Below, piece after piece: positions 1 through 8,887 of a DNA stretch of 50,252 nt (position 1 is its first letter; every line of letters starts with the position of its first letter). Under the pieces are notes generated by a model. The model was not told where the DNA came from. It saw nothing but the letters and a program-made list of their open reading frames with translations, and ran no database searches. This DNA is from a virus (taxonomy: Duplodnaviria; Caudoviricetes). Location of the stretch: positions 1 to 50,252 of the IMG/VR virus record IMGVR_UViG_3300033049_000162; one strand, given 5' to 3'. Position numbers and translations under genes: made by a program.

Positions 1-423
1 TTCTGCACCAATATCCTTTCTTTTTGCTGTTTTTCGCTCATGACCATAAGTTTTTTGAGCGTTATACGTTGGTTGTGATTTATAAAAAACCAATGCATTT
101 TCATGCGCTCGAAGTGGTTGCAACTTAGCATTCAAGAAACCTGTCGCAGCTGGCTTTTCCCAAATCCATTCATACTTAAACAATTTAAGATTTGAGCAAG
201 CAAGTACTGCTGTGAATGGTTGAGCGCCAAATAGAACAATTGCCCCATTCGGTTTGATTACTCTCTCATATTCAGCCCACAGCGGTTCAAATGGGATAAC
301 AGCATCCCAACTGCAGCACGTTGTTCCGTATGGCAAGTCACATAGAATCATGTCTACGGTACCGCTTTCGATTTCTTTCATGCGCTCGAGACAATCACCA
401 AGCATTAGATTGAAGTCTCTCAC
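1..423 (-). CDS. N6-adenine/N4-cytosine DNA methyltransferase, 3'-truncated by the window (not in ORF track)
   Basis: Manual translation from GTG 423: MRDFNLMLGDCLERMKEIESGTVDMILCDLPYGTT...WIWEK...HE; DLPY is the motif IV (DPPY-type) variant; overlaps the upstream stop. Confidence 0.88.
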   Translation of the reverse strand, partial: MRDFNLMLGDCLERMKEIESGTVDMILCDLPYGTTCCSWDAVIPFEPLWAEYERVIKPNGAIVLFGAQPFTAVLACSNLKLFKYEWIWEKPAATGFLNAKLQPLRAHENALVFYKSQPTYNAQKTYGHERKTAKRKDIGAE

Positions 424-740
424 ACCCCACCCCCTACGCTTTCGATGTCTGCGATGGCTTTACGTAACTCACCAATATTTACAGTTTTATCTTTCACACC
501 TGAATTACCTAATGTCCAAGAATAGAAATGTTCATCACTTGGCGCATTAGCAACAATCTTTTTAGAGTTTTCCAAGCCATGGATTTGTACCAACTCCCAG
601 CTATCGACCAACCTTTGAAGCTCATCCTTATCATCAATGCAAGTGGACATAGCTATTTGACGCATAGTCCAACATTTAGCATTTATTAATTCATGTGACG
701 CTTTAAATCCAAACTTCCTCACAAACTCAACTGCATTCAT
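420..740 (-). CDS. Hypothetical phage protein (106 aa)
   Basis: 4-nt overlaps with dnaB and the methyltransferase. Confidence 0.75.
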   Translation of the reverse strand: MNAVEFVRKFGFKASHELINAKCWTMRQIAMSTCIDDKDELQRLVDSWELVQIHGLENSKKIVANAPSDEHFYSWTLGNSGVKDKTVNIGELRKAIADIESVGGGV

Positions 741-2101
741 ACCAACTCCCCTTGCATCATTGCGTAATATTCAGGACTTAAATCTGCAAATGTTGAGCGA
801 GCTAAGTCGGTTGCCAATCGAACCGTACCTGTTGAGCCATTACGAGCTTTACCAATGATGATTTCAGCTGTTCCAGCCTCTTTAGATTCCTTGTTGTAAA
901 CCTCATCTCGGTAGATAAACATGATGATGTCCGCATCCTGCTCTAAATCACCTGACTCTTTTAAATCAGCGTTTACGGGACGTTTATTTGGTCTGTTTTC
1001 AAGGTTTCGATTTAATTGAGCCAAAGCAAATACTGGACATTCAAAATCACGAGCAATCTTTTTCAATTCCCCTGAAATCTCGCCAATATCTTTGTCAGAG
1101 CGACCATAATTGTTTTTAGTAAGTGGAGTTACACGCTGGATATAATCAACAAATATCGCCCCGACTTTTCCATATTCGGCTTGTACTTTTCGTGCTGATC
1201 TGCGGATTGTTGAAGTCGTTGAACGAGCATTGTCATCAATCATCAAAGGTGCTTTTTCTAAGATCATGGCAGCAGTGTTAATCTTTCCGCAGTCCTCAAT
1301 TTGAGCCTTACCACTTAGAACTTTTCGCAACTCAATTTGACCAATTCCACTAATCATGCGCTGTGCAATCTGCTTGCCTGACATCTCGATTGAAACAAAC
1401 AAAACTGGTAAACCTTGATTGACCATCATGTCTGCTGCAAAGTTCTGAGCGAGTGTGGTTTTACCCATGCTTGGGCGTGCACCGATGATGACTAAATCAC
1501 CTTTGCCAACTTCACCCAGCTTGTTATCCAACTCACAGAAGCCAGTACGAATACCGCCATCAAATGCCGTGTTGTTATGCAAAGCTGTATGTCGCTCTAA
1601 AAACTCCTTAATTGCGTCCTTAGAGAACTCATGAGCATGTTTGAGGCGATTGTCCACCGAACCTGTTTCTAAGCCACTGACGAGAGCCTGTGCACGATTT
1701 AAGGCGGTTTCAGATGTGTACGAAACCATATCCAACGCCAAAGTGCCGATTTGCTTACTCACATCTTGAATTTTTCTGCGAGTTGCAAAATCTTTGAGTT
1801 TTTTAAGGTGTGTTGGTAAAAGCGAATGAGGGCAGTAACACCCCATCAAATTGAGAATGAATTTCTCATCAACCGCATTAACTTCAACCGCATTAGCACG
1901 AATTAATTCCCAAAGCATCACCTGGTCATACGCTTCGCCTTTCACAAACTGAGATTTCACATGAGTCCAAATAATTTGATGTTGAGCTGCATAGAAATCA
2001 CACGAATCAATCTGCTCGATGTACTCATCCATGCCTTGCTCGGTACCGATCACGGTAGACAAAATCGCTTGTTCAACAGGGATAGAAAATAATTCAATCA
2101 T
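737..2101 (-). CDS. dnaB: Phage replicative DNA helicase, DnaB family
   Basis: Walker A GARPSMGKT, FVSIEM, FVDYIQ, AQLNR, DLKESGDLEQDAD, KARNG motifs. Confidence 0.97.
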   Translation of the reverse strand: MIELFSIPVEQAILSTVIGTEQGMDEYIEQIDSCDFYAAQHQIIWTHVKSQFVKGEAYDQVMLWELIRANAVEVNAVDEKFILNLMGCYCPHSLLPTHLKKLKDFATRRKIQDVSKQIGTLALDMVSYTSETALNRAQALVSGLETGSVDNRLKHAHEFSKDAIKEFLERHTALHNNTAFDGGIRTGFCELDNKLGEVGKGDLVIIGARPSMGKTTLAQNFAADMMVNQGLPVLFVSIEMSGKQIAQRMISGIGQIELRKVLSGKAQIEDCGKINTAAMILEKAPLMIDDNARSTTSTIRRSARKVQAEYGKVGAIFVDYIQRVTPLTKNNYGRSDKDIGEISGELKKIARDFECPVFALAQLNRNLENRPNKRPVNADLKESGDLEQDADIIMFIYRDEVYNKESKEAGTAEIIIGKARNGSTGTVRLATDLARSTFADLSPEYYAMMQGELV

Positions 2102-2913
2102 TGGTCCATCCCCTTGAATGATTTGCGTACGCCTTTGAATTCGGTACTTGGTGGTTGCTGTGGTTGTTCAGGTTGAGAAACTTCGGTGTACTCAGGATGC
2201 AATTTCACATGACGTTCAAACTTGTCAGAAATCCAATTTGCAAACTTGTAGAGTTTTTTTGCATCAGACAAAACTTGACCATCGAAATGAGTGTTGAATG
2301 CTCCAAGCTCAAATTCAAAACTCGGTAATCCAAAAATGAATTTTAAATTTTGACCATGCCCCTTTTGCTGAAGAACTCCGACCAACTGATTTTGATTTGG
2401 AATCCACTCGTGTTGACAAGAGAGATTCATTGATAGGTTAATTGGTAGGTTCTGTACCCCAAAATTGGGATCGTTCACGATACCGTTTTTGGGTTCGTTA
2501 CCCTCCAAAATTGGGTTCGTTTGTTCTACCGAATCAACCCCTTTTTGGGTGTGTTTAATAGCACCGTTTTGGGGTTCGTTATCTTTATCAATTAACCCTT
2601 TTTTGGGTTCGTTATAACTATCCCGATTTTGGTTTTGTCCTCTTGATTGCACACCAACTAATTTTAAAACTCGAACCTTATTTGTGGTTCCCATTTTTTT
2701 ACCAGTATCAGCAACCAATCCTAAACCGATAAGTTGATTTACGACTTTTTGAACAGTCTTGATATTCAAAACTGTGTCTTTTGCCAATCTGCTATTGCTT
2801 GGGTAGCAAGTATGGTGCTCACCTGCACGATCAGCCAATGAAAGCAAGACAAGGCGCTGTGCTGAACTTTCAACTGGTGCAGTCCACGCCCAATTTAGCG
2901 CATCAACACTCAT
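2098..2913 (-). CDS. Phage replication initiator (N-terminal winged HTH, lambda O analogue)
   Basis: MSVDALNWAW...LVLLSLADRA...CYPS..RLA pattern; internal iterons; upstream of dnaB; ATG 2913 overlaps the previous stop. Confidence 0.88.
   Translation of the reverse strand: MSVDALNWAWTAPVESSAQRLVLLSLADRAGEHHTCYPSNSRLAKDTVLNIKTVQKVVNQLIGLGLVADTGKKMGTTNKVRVLKLVGVQSRGQNQNRDSYNEPKKGLIDKDNEPQNGAIKHTQKGVDSVEQTNPILEGNEPKNGIVNDPNFGVQNLPINLSMNLSCQHEWIPNQNQLVGVLQQKGHGQNLKFIFGLPSFEFELGAFNTHFDGQVLSDAKKLYKFANWISDKFERHVKLHPEYTEVSQPEQPQQPPSTEFKGVRKSFKGMDQ
2457..2640. repeat. Iterons / replication origin of prophage 1
   Basis: About 7 direct copies of TTGGGTTCGTT-like motif (e.g. 2489, 2511, 2570, 2603) inside the initiator gene, as for lambda ori in O. 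Confidence 0.8.
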
Positions 2914-3074
2914 GCGTTTGCTCCTTGTATAAATGCCCATAGTTCAGCCTTTGCAACTGCCACAGACTGAGCAGTCGGAAGTGAGCGCTTTTCAGCGTGT
3001 TCTTCGACTGCCTTTTGAAATAAATAAATCTTTCGCTGTAGCTCAATGTCTGTTAAAATTTTATGCATATTCAT
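2910..3074 (-). CDS. Small hypothetical protein between cII and the initiator
   Basis: MNMHKILTDIELQRK...; coupled to the initiator start; exact start uncertain. Confidence 0.65.
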   Translation of the reverse strand: MNMHKILTDIELQRKIYLFQKAVEEHAEKRSLPTAQSVAVAKAELWAFIQGANA

Positions 3075-3125
3075 TTCCATCTCGTTATGAATTAAGACCA
3101 CTCCAGTTACTGCTGAAGTGGTTTT

Positions 3126-3482
3126 TTAATATCCAAATTCCGCCAATCGTGGTGCGATAGACGCAAATTGATAGTCGTTAACATCACCAGAATGTGTAAT
3201 TTGCATTCGAGCTAAAAAGAAAATTGCTTCCACGAACTTCCTCTCATAACACTCGTAAGTTTCTGGAATAACTTGAACTCCAAGTTTGTCCAACATCACG
3301 CAAACAGTTTCAAGATCGGTCAAGCCATTGTTTTTACGATCATTCTTAAACTTAGATAGCCAAGATGCGTCTAATCCTAATTCGTCTGCAAGTGTGCTGT
3401 TAACTATCACTGCAAGTCGTTGCAAGATCTGTGTGTGGGTATTTCTGGCTCTTGCGCTTAATTCAATTGATACTTTGCTCAT
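3126..3482 (-). CDS. cII: CII-like transcriptional activator
   Basis: Directly after cro; HTH LADELGLDASWLSKFK and the lambda CII-like LDKLGVQVIP. Confidence 0.75.
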   Translation of the reverse strand: MSKVSIELSARARNTHTQILQRLAVIVNSTLADELGLDASWLSKFKNDRKNNGLTDLETVCVMLDKLGVQVIPETYECYERKFVEAIFFLARMQITHSGDVNDYQFASIAPRLAEFGY

Positions 3483-3490
3483 GGTGGTTC

Positions 3491-3691
3491 CTAAGCGACA
3501 TTTGTAGTTTGTTTATGCTGATTCCATAAAGTTTCTAGATTTCTACCTAGATCGTATGAAAGACGTTTTCCGCAAGCTCCTCGCTCCAGATCACTTACAT
3601 AATTTTGTGAGCAACCAATTTCAGTGGCGATATTTGCTTGTGTTAATCCCTGTTCTTTGAGATCAGAGATCATTTTCTGCCATTGATTCAT
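3491..3691 (-). CDS. cro: Cro-like repressor
   Basis: GLTQANIATEIGCSQNYVSDLERG HTH; SD GGAGG before ATG 3691; divergent from cI. Confidence 0.88.
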   Translation of the reverse strand: MNQWQKMISDLKEQGLTQANIATEIGCSQNYVSDLERGACGKRLSYDLGRNLETLWNQHKQTTNVA

Positions 3692-3719
3692 ATGAACCTC
3701 CAATATTTTTATTAAATAT

Positions 3720-3780
3720 ATAGGTTTTCCGATATTTATACAATAGCCAAACCGATTGAAATATGTATCAGAATTCCGAT
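3720..3780. promoter_or_regulatory. OR operators of prophage 1 (three 14-bp sites)
   Basis: ATAGGTTTTCCGAT 3720, ATAGCCAAACCGAT 3743, ATCAGAATTCCGAT 3767; consensus ATCGG-N4-CCGAT matches OL. Confidence 0.8.
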
Positions 3781-3801
3781 AAAGCAAGTTGAGATAGATT
3801 T

Positions 3802-4464
3802 ATGAGCACTTTGGGTGAAAATTTAAAGAAATTGCGTAAAGCAAAAAAAATGACCCAGAAGGAATTAGCGCAAAAGTCTGGAGTTAAACAATCGGTAATT
3901 TCCGAACTAGAAACTGGCACAGCTAAATCAACAGGTTCAATTCTTGAGCTAGCTAGCGCATTGGGCATTACCGCTGAAGATCTTAAAAAAGGTGTAGTTA
4001 GTGAATTTGACAATAACGTTGTACCTGTCACCTCAAAATTAATCCCTGTTTTATCATGGGTTCAAGCTGGATCAATGACATCTGTAGAGGAAATAAATCC
4101 ATTAGATATTTCTGAATGGTTGCCACCTTTAAGTGCTGATGATCCTGATGGTTGTTTTTATTTAAAAGTAGTTGGTATTAGTAATTCACCTACCTACATG
4201 GAGGGTGACTGTATTTTAGTAAATCCAAAATTTCAGGTGTGTGACTTAATTTCTGGAGATTTGATTGTTGTTAGAAATAACACTGATGCAACATTTAAAA
4301 AATTAGTTATTGAAAGTGATGAGCGTAAATATTTACAAGCTCTTAATCCAAACTTTCATCCTAATATTATTGAATTTGAAGAAGGAATGGTTTTAGTAGG
4401 TTTGGTAATTGATGCATTTAGACCGCTTGGTGGTTCTCGCCCTAAGCGAATGAGAAAAAGTTAG
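3802..4464 (+). CDS. cI: CI repressor (HTH + S24 autopeptidase)
   Basis: XRE HTH; VQAG cleavage site, GISN Ser, TFKK Lys. Confidence 0.95.
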   Translation: MSTLGENLKKLRKAKKMTQKELAQKSGVKQSVISELETGTAKSTGSILELASALGITAEDLKKGVVSEFDNNVVPVTSKLIPVLSWVQAGSMTSVEEINPLDISEWLPPLSADDPDGCFYLKVVGISNSPTYMEGDCILVNPKFQVCDLISGDLIVVRNNTDATFKKLVIESDERKYLQALNPNFHPNIIEFEEGMVLVGLVIDAFRPLGGSRPKRMRKS

Positions 4465-4484
4465 ATTAGTAATTTAGGTGATAT

Positions 4485-4703
4485 ATGGACAACTTAAAAC
4501 TACCAGTTAATCAGATTATTGCTCGCATCAATGATGCTGCGACACATGGTGAAGCATTGATGCTAACAGCTGATGAAGTCAAGATTCTTTCTAAAGATAT
4601 TGGTGACAAAGTTTTCATACCTGTGCTTACAAATGAGCAAGTTATACAGCTGGTCAACGAAGGTAAGCTTGGGCAAAAGATTAATAGCGCAAAAGATAAA
4701 TAA
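4485..4703 (+). CDS. Small hypothetical protein co-oriented after cI (72 aa)
   Basis: SD AGGTG; immediately follows cI. Confidence 0.75.
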   Translation: MDNLKLPVNQIIARINDAATHGEALMLTADEVKILSKDIGDKVFIPVLTNEQVIQLVNEGKLGQKINSAKDK

Positions 4704-4706
4704 AAA

Positions 4707-4741
4707 CTGCGAACCCGACGCAGCCCTTAGAATGATCGGGT
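4707..4741 (+). promoter_or_regulatory. Predicted H-type RNA pseudoknot upstream of the accessory pair
   Basis: Stem 1 CTGCG 4707-4711 / CGCAG 4719-4723; loop ACCCGA 4713-4718 pairs with TCGGGT 4736-4741; SD GGAGA follows. Confidence 0.5.
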
Positions 4742-4752
4742 GGAGAAAATTA

Positions 4753-5763
4753 ATGAGTAAAACTGTTACAAAAGAAAAAACTGTACATTATAAAAAAGTT
4801 GATTTATTGAGAGGAGCGAATCTTGGTCAATTACTAAAAGCTCAGCTTTTAGAAGATAAATCTTTTTATTATAAAGCTACCAATAGACAACAATTCATCT
4901 CTGCAACTAAAGATGATTTTATACTTATTAATCATGCTAGCTCGCATCAGAGCATGTTCTTTGGTGAATTAATTATTGTTGAATCAGGTAAGGCTCAAGC
5001 TGTTTTAAAAATTGATAGTGATGATGCTTCTGAATTTCCAATTAAAACCTATTTAACCGAAGATCTACCACCAGATGATGAAGATGAAGAAAAATCCAGT
5101 GATGTAGTTAGAAAGGAATTTATTGATAGCGTCCTCTATTTTGGTGTTATTGATAATCATGTTGCTATAATTCAATCTAGATCGCTTACTGCACGAATAC
5201 TAGAATCATACTTGGGATGGTTGCTTGGAGAGGCTGCTAAGGCGTTACCTGAAAACAGCGCATTAATACTAAAAGACGCTCCTAATCCAGCCATCAAAGA
5301 AAAATTGGAAAATACACCAGCAAAAACAATATCTATATCATCTGGCATAGGTTCTTGTGAGGTTCAGCCAATTCATAAAGTTGAATCAAATATTCCTGCA
5401 AAAATTGACTATAAAATTGAAGATAATGTTGTTGATGTTCTTAAATCAGCTTTTGGGGTTGATCTAGATGATTTAAAGCTTGAAGATGGATTAGATGATG
5501 CAAATCTTAAACTTAAGCTAACTCTAACTTACAACCGCAAAACATCTAAAAGTGGGCAAAAAGTAATAGATACTGTTGCATCTTCTATGCGTCACAATGA
5601 TGACTATGTCATCACATTAGAAGATGGCACAAAGGTTACAGCTGAAAATTTAAAAATGAGTGGTAAAATTCCAGTTGAAACCATTAATGACAAAGTATAT
5701 AACGAAGGCTTAAAGGTTCAGTTATATAATTGGATGACGACCAATATAAATTTTGGTGACTAA
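4753..5763 (+). CDS. Soluble accessory protein (336 aa), putative RexA-like phage exclusion sensor
   Basis: AT-rich, rexA position after cI; SD GGAGA before ATG 4753; strand/helix pattern resembles lambda RexA by eye. Confidence 0.55.
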   Translation: MSKTVTKEKTVHYKKVDLLRGANLGQLLKAQLLEDKSFYYKATNRQQFISATKDDFILINHASSHQSMFFGELIIVESGKAQAVLKIDSDDASEFPIKTYLTEDLPPDDEDEEKSSDVVRKEFIDSVLYFGVIDNHVAIIQSRSLTARILESYLGWLLGEAAKALPENSALILKDAPNPAIKEKLENTPAKTISISSGIGSCEVQPIHKVESNIPAKIDYKIEDNVVDVLKSAFGVDLDDLKLEDGLDDANLKLKLTLTYNRKTSKSGQKVIDTVASSMRHNDDYVITLEDGTKVTAENLKMSGKIPVETINDKVYNEGLKVQLYNWMTTNINFGD

Positions 5764-5765
5764 CT

Positions 5766-6269
5766 ATGACTAAACGCTATTTGCCGTTTTATAATAATGC
5801 TAGGTTTATTGCTTTAGTATTGGTAGCTCTTTTTGTCATTTTTTCAATAATTTTCAATTATTTGAAAATTAACATCAACATCAACTTGGTTCAATTCTCT
5901 TTTGTTTTGTTGCTTCCATTAAGTCAAATTTACTTAGCCTATAAAGGAATGCTAGATGCTCTTAAATTAGATGGCTTGAATCAATCGGAGAGAGATAGAC
6001 TAACATCTACTGTGGATATAAGAAGCAAGTCATCCTTATATGTAGCCGTGCTTTTTATTGTAATTGTATTTGGAATGTATATTCTCAATTCATTAAGCTT
6101 ACTTTCCAGTAAACATCTATTGGCCTTAATATTATCAGTTGGTTTAACATCAATATTTAGTTTTTTTCTAGCATGGAGTGATCTAAAAGAGATATCAATG
6201 TTGGAGAAAACGTTAAAGGCTCGAAAAGAATCTAGAGAGGCAAAAACTAAAGTCTTAAGCAACAAATAA
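5766..6269 (+). CDS. Four-TM membrane protein (167 aa), putative RexB-like effector
   Basis: Four hydrophobic segments and a basic C-terminal tail; 2 nt after the soluble gene. Confidence 0.6.
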   Translation: MTKRYLPFYNNARFIALVLVALFVIFSIIFNYLKINININLVQFSFVLLLPLSQIYLAYKGMLDALKLDGLNQSERDRLTSTVDIRSKSSLYVAVLFIVIVFGMYILNSLSLLSSKHLLALILSVGLTSIFSFFLAWSDLKEISMLEKTLKARKESREAKTKVLSNK

Positions 6270-6288
6270 ATTTTCAAATTAATTCTCT

Positions 6289-6315
6289 AACCCACCCAGC
6301 GTGGGTTTTCTTTTG
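6289..6315 (+). terminator. Intrinsic terminator closing the cI-accessory operon
   Basis: AACCCAC-ccagc-GTGGGTT followed by T tract. Confidence 0.75.
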
Positions 6316-6344
6316 TCTATTAAAACATAAAAGATTCAAATAAT

Positions 6345-6406
6345 ATCGGAATAAAAATAAAAATATCGGATTACCTATTGACTAACAATATCGGAAGTGC
6401 GATATT
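6345..6406 (+). promoter_or_regulatory. OL operators and PL promoter of prophage 1
   Basis: ATCGGAATAAAAAT 6345, ATCGGATTACCTAT 6365, ATCGGAAGTGCGAT 6390; TTGACT 6378 -17 bp- GATATT 6401. Confidence 0.8.
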
Positions 6407-6444
6407 TACCTCATACACAAACAAACCTCCTCAGTGAGACAAAA

Positions 6445-6657
6445 ATGGATATTCAAAATTTACGCTTACAACTCCTTCAGCTTTCAGGCGGTCAAGTTGA
6501 ACACGCTCAAGCAATGGAGAAATACGTTTTAGAAGGTACTGGCTTAAATCAGCAAATGGGCGAAGCGGTAAAAACTGCGGATGTTGGTGAAGATCCAGTA
6601 GATGAAAAGTGCGGATGCTTTATCTGCCTAATCAATGAATTTCAAAAAGCTTTTTAA
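6445..6657 (+). CDS. First PL-operon protein (70 aa, C-terminal CGCFIC)
   Basis: ATG 6445 downstream of PL; followed by an AAGCCCT/AGGGCTT hairpin. Confidence 0.65.
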   Translation: MDIQNLRLQLLQLSGGQVEHAQAMEKYVLEGTGLNQQMGEAVKTADVGEDPVDEKCGCFICLINEFQKAF

Positions 6658-6721
6658 TTTTAAATAAAAAAGCCCTCACGACTCGACATCAAAGGGCTTT
6701 TACTCAAAGAGTGAGAATATT

Positions 6722-6859
6722 ATGTCACACAAAAAACCAGAACGTCTACTGACGATAGATCAAATCGTTAAGCGAGCATTTATCCAGGATGTATTTCTTG
6801 GCTCAATCATCATCTTTTTGATCGGTGCGATGTTTTATATCGCTTTGGTAAGGGGGTGA
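6722..6859 (+). CDS. 45-aa single-TM protein (not in ORF track)
   Basis: MSHKKPERLLTIDQIVKRAFIQDVFLGSIIIFLIGAMFYIALVRG; fills the gap before 6863. Confidence 0.6.
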   Translation: MSHKKPERLLTIDQIVKRAFIQDVFLGSIIIFLIGAMFYIALVRG

Positions 6860-6862
6860 GGA

Positions 6863-7117
6863 ATGGGACTCTCTAAATTTTCTGCAAACATTGCGTATAC
6901 CTCTGATGAAGGTTGTAAATACGAATTAAAATTTAAACAAAACCCTAGCACACCTGAAGCAGATAAGGTTCTGCTTGACACAATTGAGCATTTGGCTTGG
7001 ATGGGTGCAGTAGGTGGTCAAGCTGATGCAACTAAAGAAGCTTTTGAGCGAGGTCACAAGCAAGGTGTTGATCGTCGGGCTTACTTGGATGGCTTGAATA
7101 AGGAGCCACAACAATGA
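6863..7117 (+). CDS. Hypothetical early protein
   Basis: Operon context, ATGA overlap with next gene. Confidence 0.7.
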   Translation: MGLSKFSANIAYTSDEGCKYELKFKQNPSTPEADKVLLDTIEHLAWMGAVGGQADATKEAFERGHKQGVDRRAYLDGLNKEPQQ

Positions 7118-7509
7118 ATATGCTTTCTAATTACGCCCCTGAAGCTCCTACTTTTCAAAATCTTGTAGTTGCTGATGAGTTTGTTATCCAAGACTCAAAA
7201 GTCTATTTCTCATTAATTGTACATAACTACAGCGCTTGTTATGTGTCCGCTGTTGTTGAAGCAAATCAAACAACAAGCTCACTTGCTTGGAACAATACAA
7301 GCGATCCGCAAAATGATGTTGATGTTGATTATGACTTGCTTGAAGTAGCGACTTGGCACCGTCCTGTTGTTGAAGATTATGACGATATTTTTGCGGCTCA
7401 TGGACTTCAATTTGCACTGACAAATAGCCAAGTTTACGCACTTAATGAAATGCTTAAAGCGCATTTTGAAGAAGAAAAAGTTAATGAATTAAAAGGGATG
7501 GTGGCTTGA
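7114..7509 (+). CDS. Hypothetical early protein
   Basis: SD AGGAG, operon context. Confidence 0.75.
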   Translation: MNMLSNYAPEAPTFQNLVVADEFVIQDSKVYFSLIVHNYSACYVSAVVEANQTTSSLAWNNTSDPQNDVDVDYDLLEVATWHRPVVEDYDDIFAAHGLQFALTNSQVYALNEMLKAHFEEEKVNELKGMVA

Positions 7510-7701
7510 ATGGAGATACACCAAAAGCGCCAATTACTTGAAGCGTTGGACGTTTTGATTAAGCGTCCAGCTCAAGCAAATGAAAGAACACTTGCTGAGG
7601 CAATGGGTTATTTCAAGTTGCTAGTTGAGGAGGTCACACAAGGTGAAATTGTTGTCTCCTACATTGACAAAACTGCTCCCGATAACCCATTACCATTTTA
7701 A
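7510..7701 (+). CDS. Hypothetical early protein
   Basis: Abuts the previous gene. Confidence 0.65.
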   Translation: MEIHQKRQLLEALDVLIKRPAQANERTLAEAMGYFKLLVEEVTQGEIVVSYIDKTAPDNPLPF

Positions 7702-7712
7702 GGAATAAGAAG

Positions 7713-8642
7713 ATGAATGCACCAGTAAATACAAACCCGTTTCTACCTACAGCACCACAAAACAGCACTGTATCAACGGTTCAGTCAGATGTTCAACGCT
7801 CTGTTGCGGAAGTTCAAGCTGCTCTAGTGATTGCTAAACAATTTCCACGTAACCCAATTGAAGCTTATGACCGTGTAATGAATGCTTGTCAAAGACCGGG
7901 TTTAGCTCAATCAGCAGTTTATTCATATGCTCGTGGTGGATCATCTATATCAGGTCCATCAATTCGCCTTGCTGAAATGTTAGCTCAAAATTGGGGAAAT
8001 ATTCAGTATGGCATTCGCGAGCTATCTTCTGAAAATGGCGAATCAACAGTTGAGGCTTTTGCATGGGATGTTGAGACGAATACTCGTCAAACTAAAGTTT
8101 TCCAAGTGCCTCATAAACGATATACGCGGAATGGATCTAAAAAATTAGAAGACCCACGCGATATTTATGAACTTGTTGCAAACAATGGCGCTCGTCGTTT
8201 ACGTGCTTGCATCCTTGGGGTGATACCGGGTGATGTTGTAGATGCAGCAGTTGATCAATGCGAAAAAACCATTCACGCCTCAGCAGACACATCACCAGAA
8301 GGTGTTCAAAAATTAGTTGTTGCTTTTGAGCAGTTTAATGTCACTAAGGCAGACATTGAGGGATTTATTCAACGTCGAGTTGATGCCATCACCCCTGCCA
8401 ATGTTGTTTCCTTACGTAAAATTTTCACAAGCTTACGTGATGGTATTAGCTCACCAAAAGACTGGTTTAAGAATGCAAGTGCTGAAAAATCAGAACAGTC
8501 AGTTGCAAAGCCGAAACTTGATGACAAGGCTTTTGACGATGCTTTAGAGCAGTTAGCTTTAAACGCAATCGAAAAATCATACCTTTTAGATGGTTTTGAT
8601 TTAACAGATGCTCAAAAAATTGCTGTGGAGGCTCAAGGATGA
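7713..8642 (+). CDS. Putative single-strand annealing recombinase
   Basis: AEVQAALVIAKQFPRN...GPSIRLAE phage family; lies near an exonuclease, like bet/exo; function inferred from position. Confidence 0.55.
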   Translation: MNAPVNTNPFLPTAPQNSTVSTVQSDVQRSVAEVQAALVIAKQFPRNPIEAYDRVMNACQRPGLAQSAVYSYARGGSSISGPSIRLAEMLAQNWGNIQYGIRELSSENGESTVEAFAWDVETNTRQTKVFQVPHKRYTRNGSKKLEDPRDIYELVANNGARRLRACILGVIPGDVVDAAVDQCEKTIHASADTSPEGVQKLVVAFEQFNVTKADIEGFIQRRVDAITPANVVSLRKIFTSLRDGISSPKDWFKNASAEKSEQSVAKPKLDDKAFDDALEQLALNAIEKSYLLDGFDLTDAQKIAVEAQG

Positions 8643-8887
8643 TTGATACACACGAACTTATTTGTCACTTATGTAATTTAGACGATAACTCTACATATGA
8701 TGAATTGGAACAGGCAATTTTTGATAACTACGAGGTGAGCATTGATGCATTCGATGCGATTGCTCATGCCTTGCTACCGCTTGTTGATGTTGGCAAGTCG
8801 GAACTAACAGGCAAAACATACAAAGGTTTTTCGGTACATACAAACGGATATGGCTTTTGGTTGTTAAAGATGGAGGTGAAGCAATGA
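8639..8887 (+). CDS. Hypothetical early protein
   Basis: ATGA overlaps at both ends. Confidence 0.7.
   Translation: MIDTHELICHLCNLDDNSTYDELEQAIFDNYEVSIDAFDAIAHALLPLVDVGKSELTGKTYKGFSVHTNGYGFWLLKMEVKQ

Noticed and set aside
254-550. 98-aa plus-strand ORF
   Set aside because: Antisense shadow of the methyltransferase and the 106-aa gene
3412-3425. TTGC-N6-TTGC (minus strand) as the CII-activated PRE site
   Set aside because: Orientation is opposite to that expected for cI transcription, and this CII's specificity is unknown
4733-4741. 9-bp match (ACCCGATCA, reverse strand) to the att junction 14101-14109
   Set aside because: Too short to exceed chance in 50 kb and explained by pseudoknot pairing
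4573-4752. N-terminal extension of the 396-aa ORF, or a frameshift fusion with the 72-aa gene
   Set aside because: Overlaps a real gene, the good SD is at 4742, and the frame relation is +1, so a pseudoknot-driven -1 shift would not fuse them
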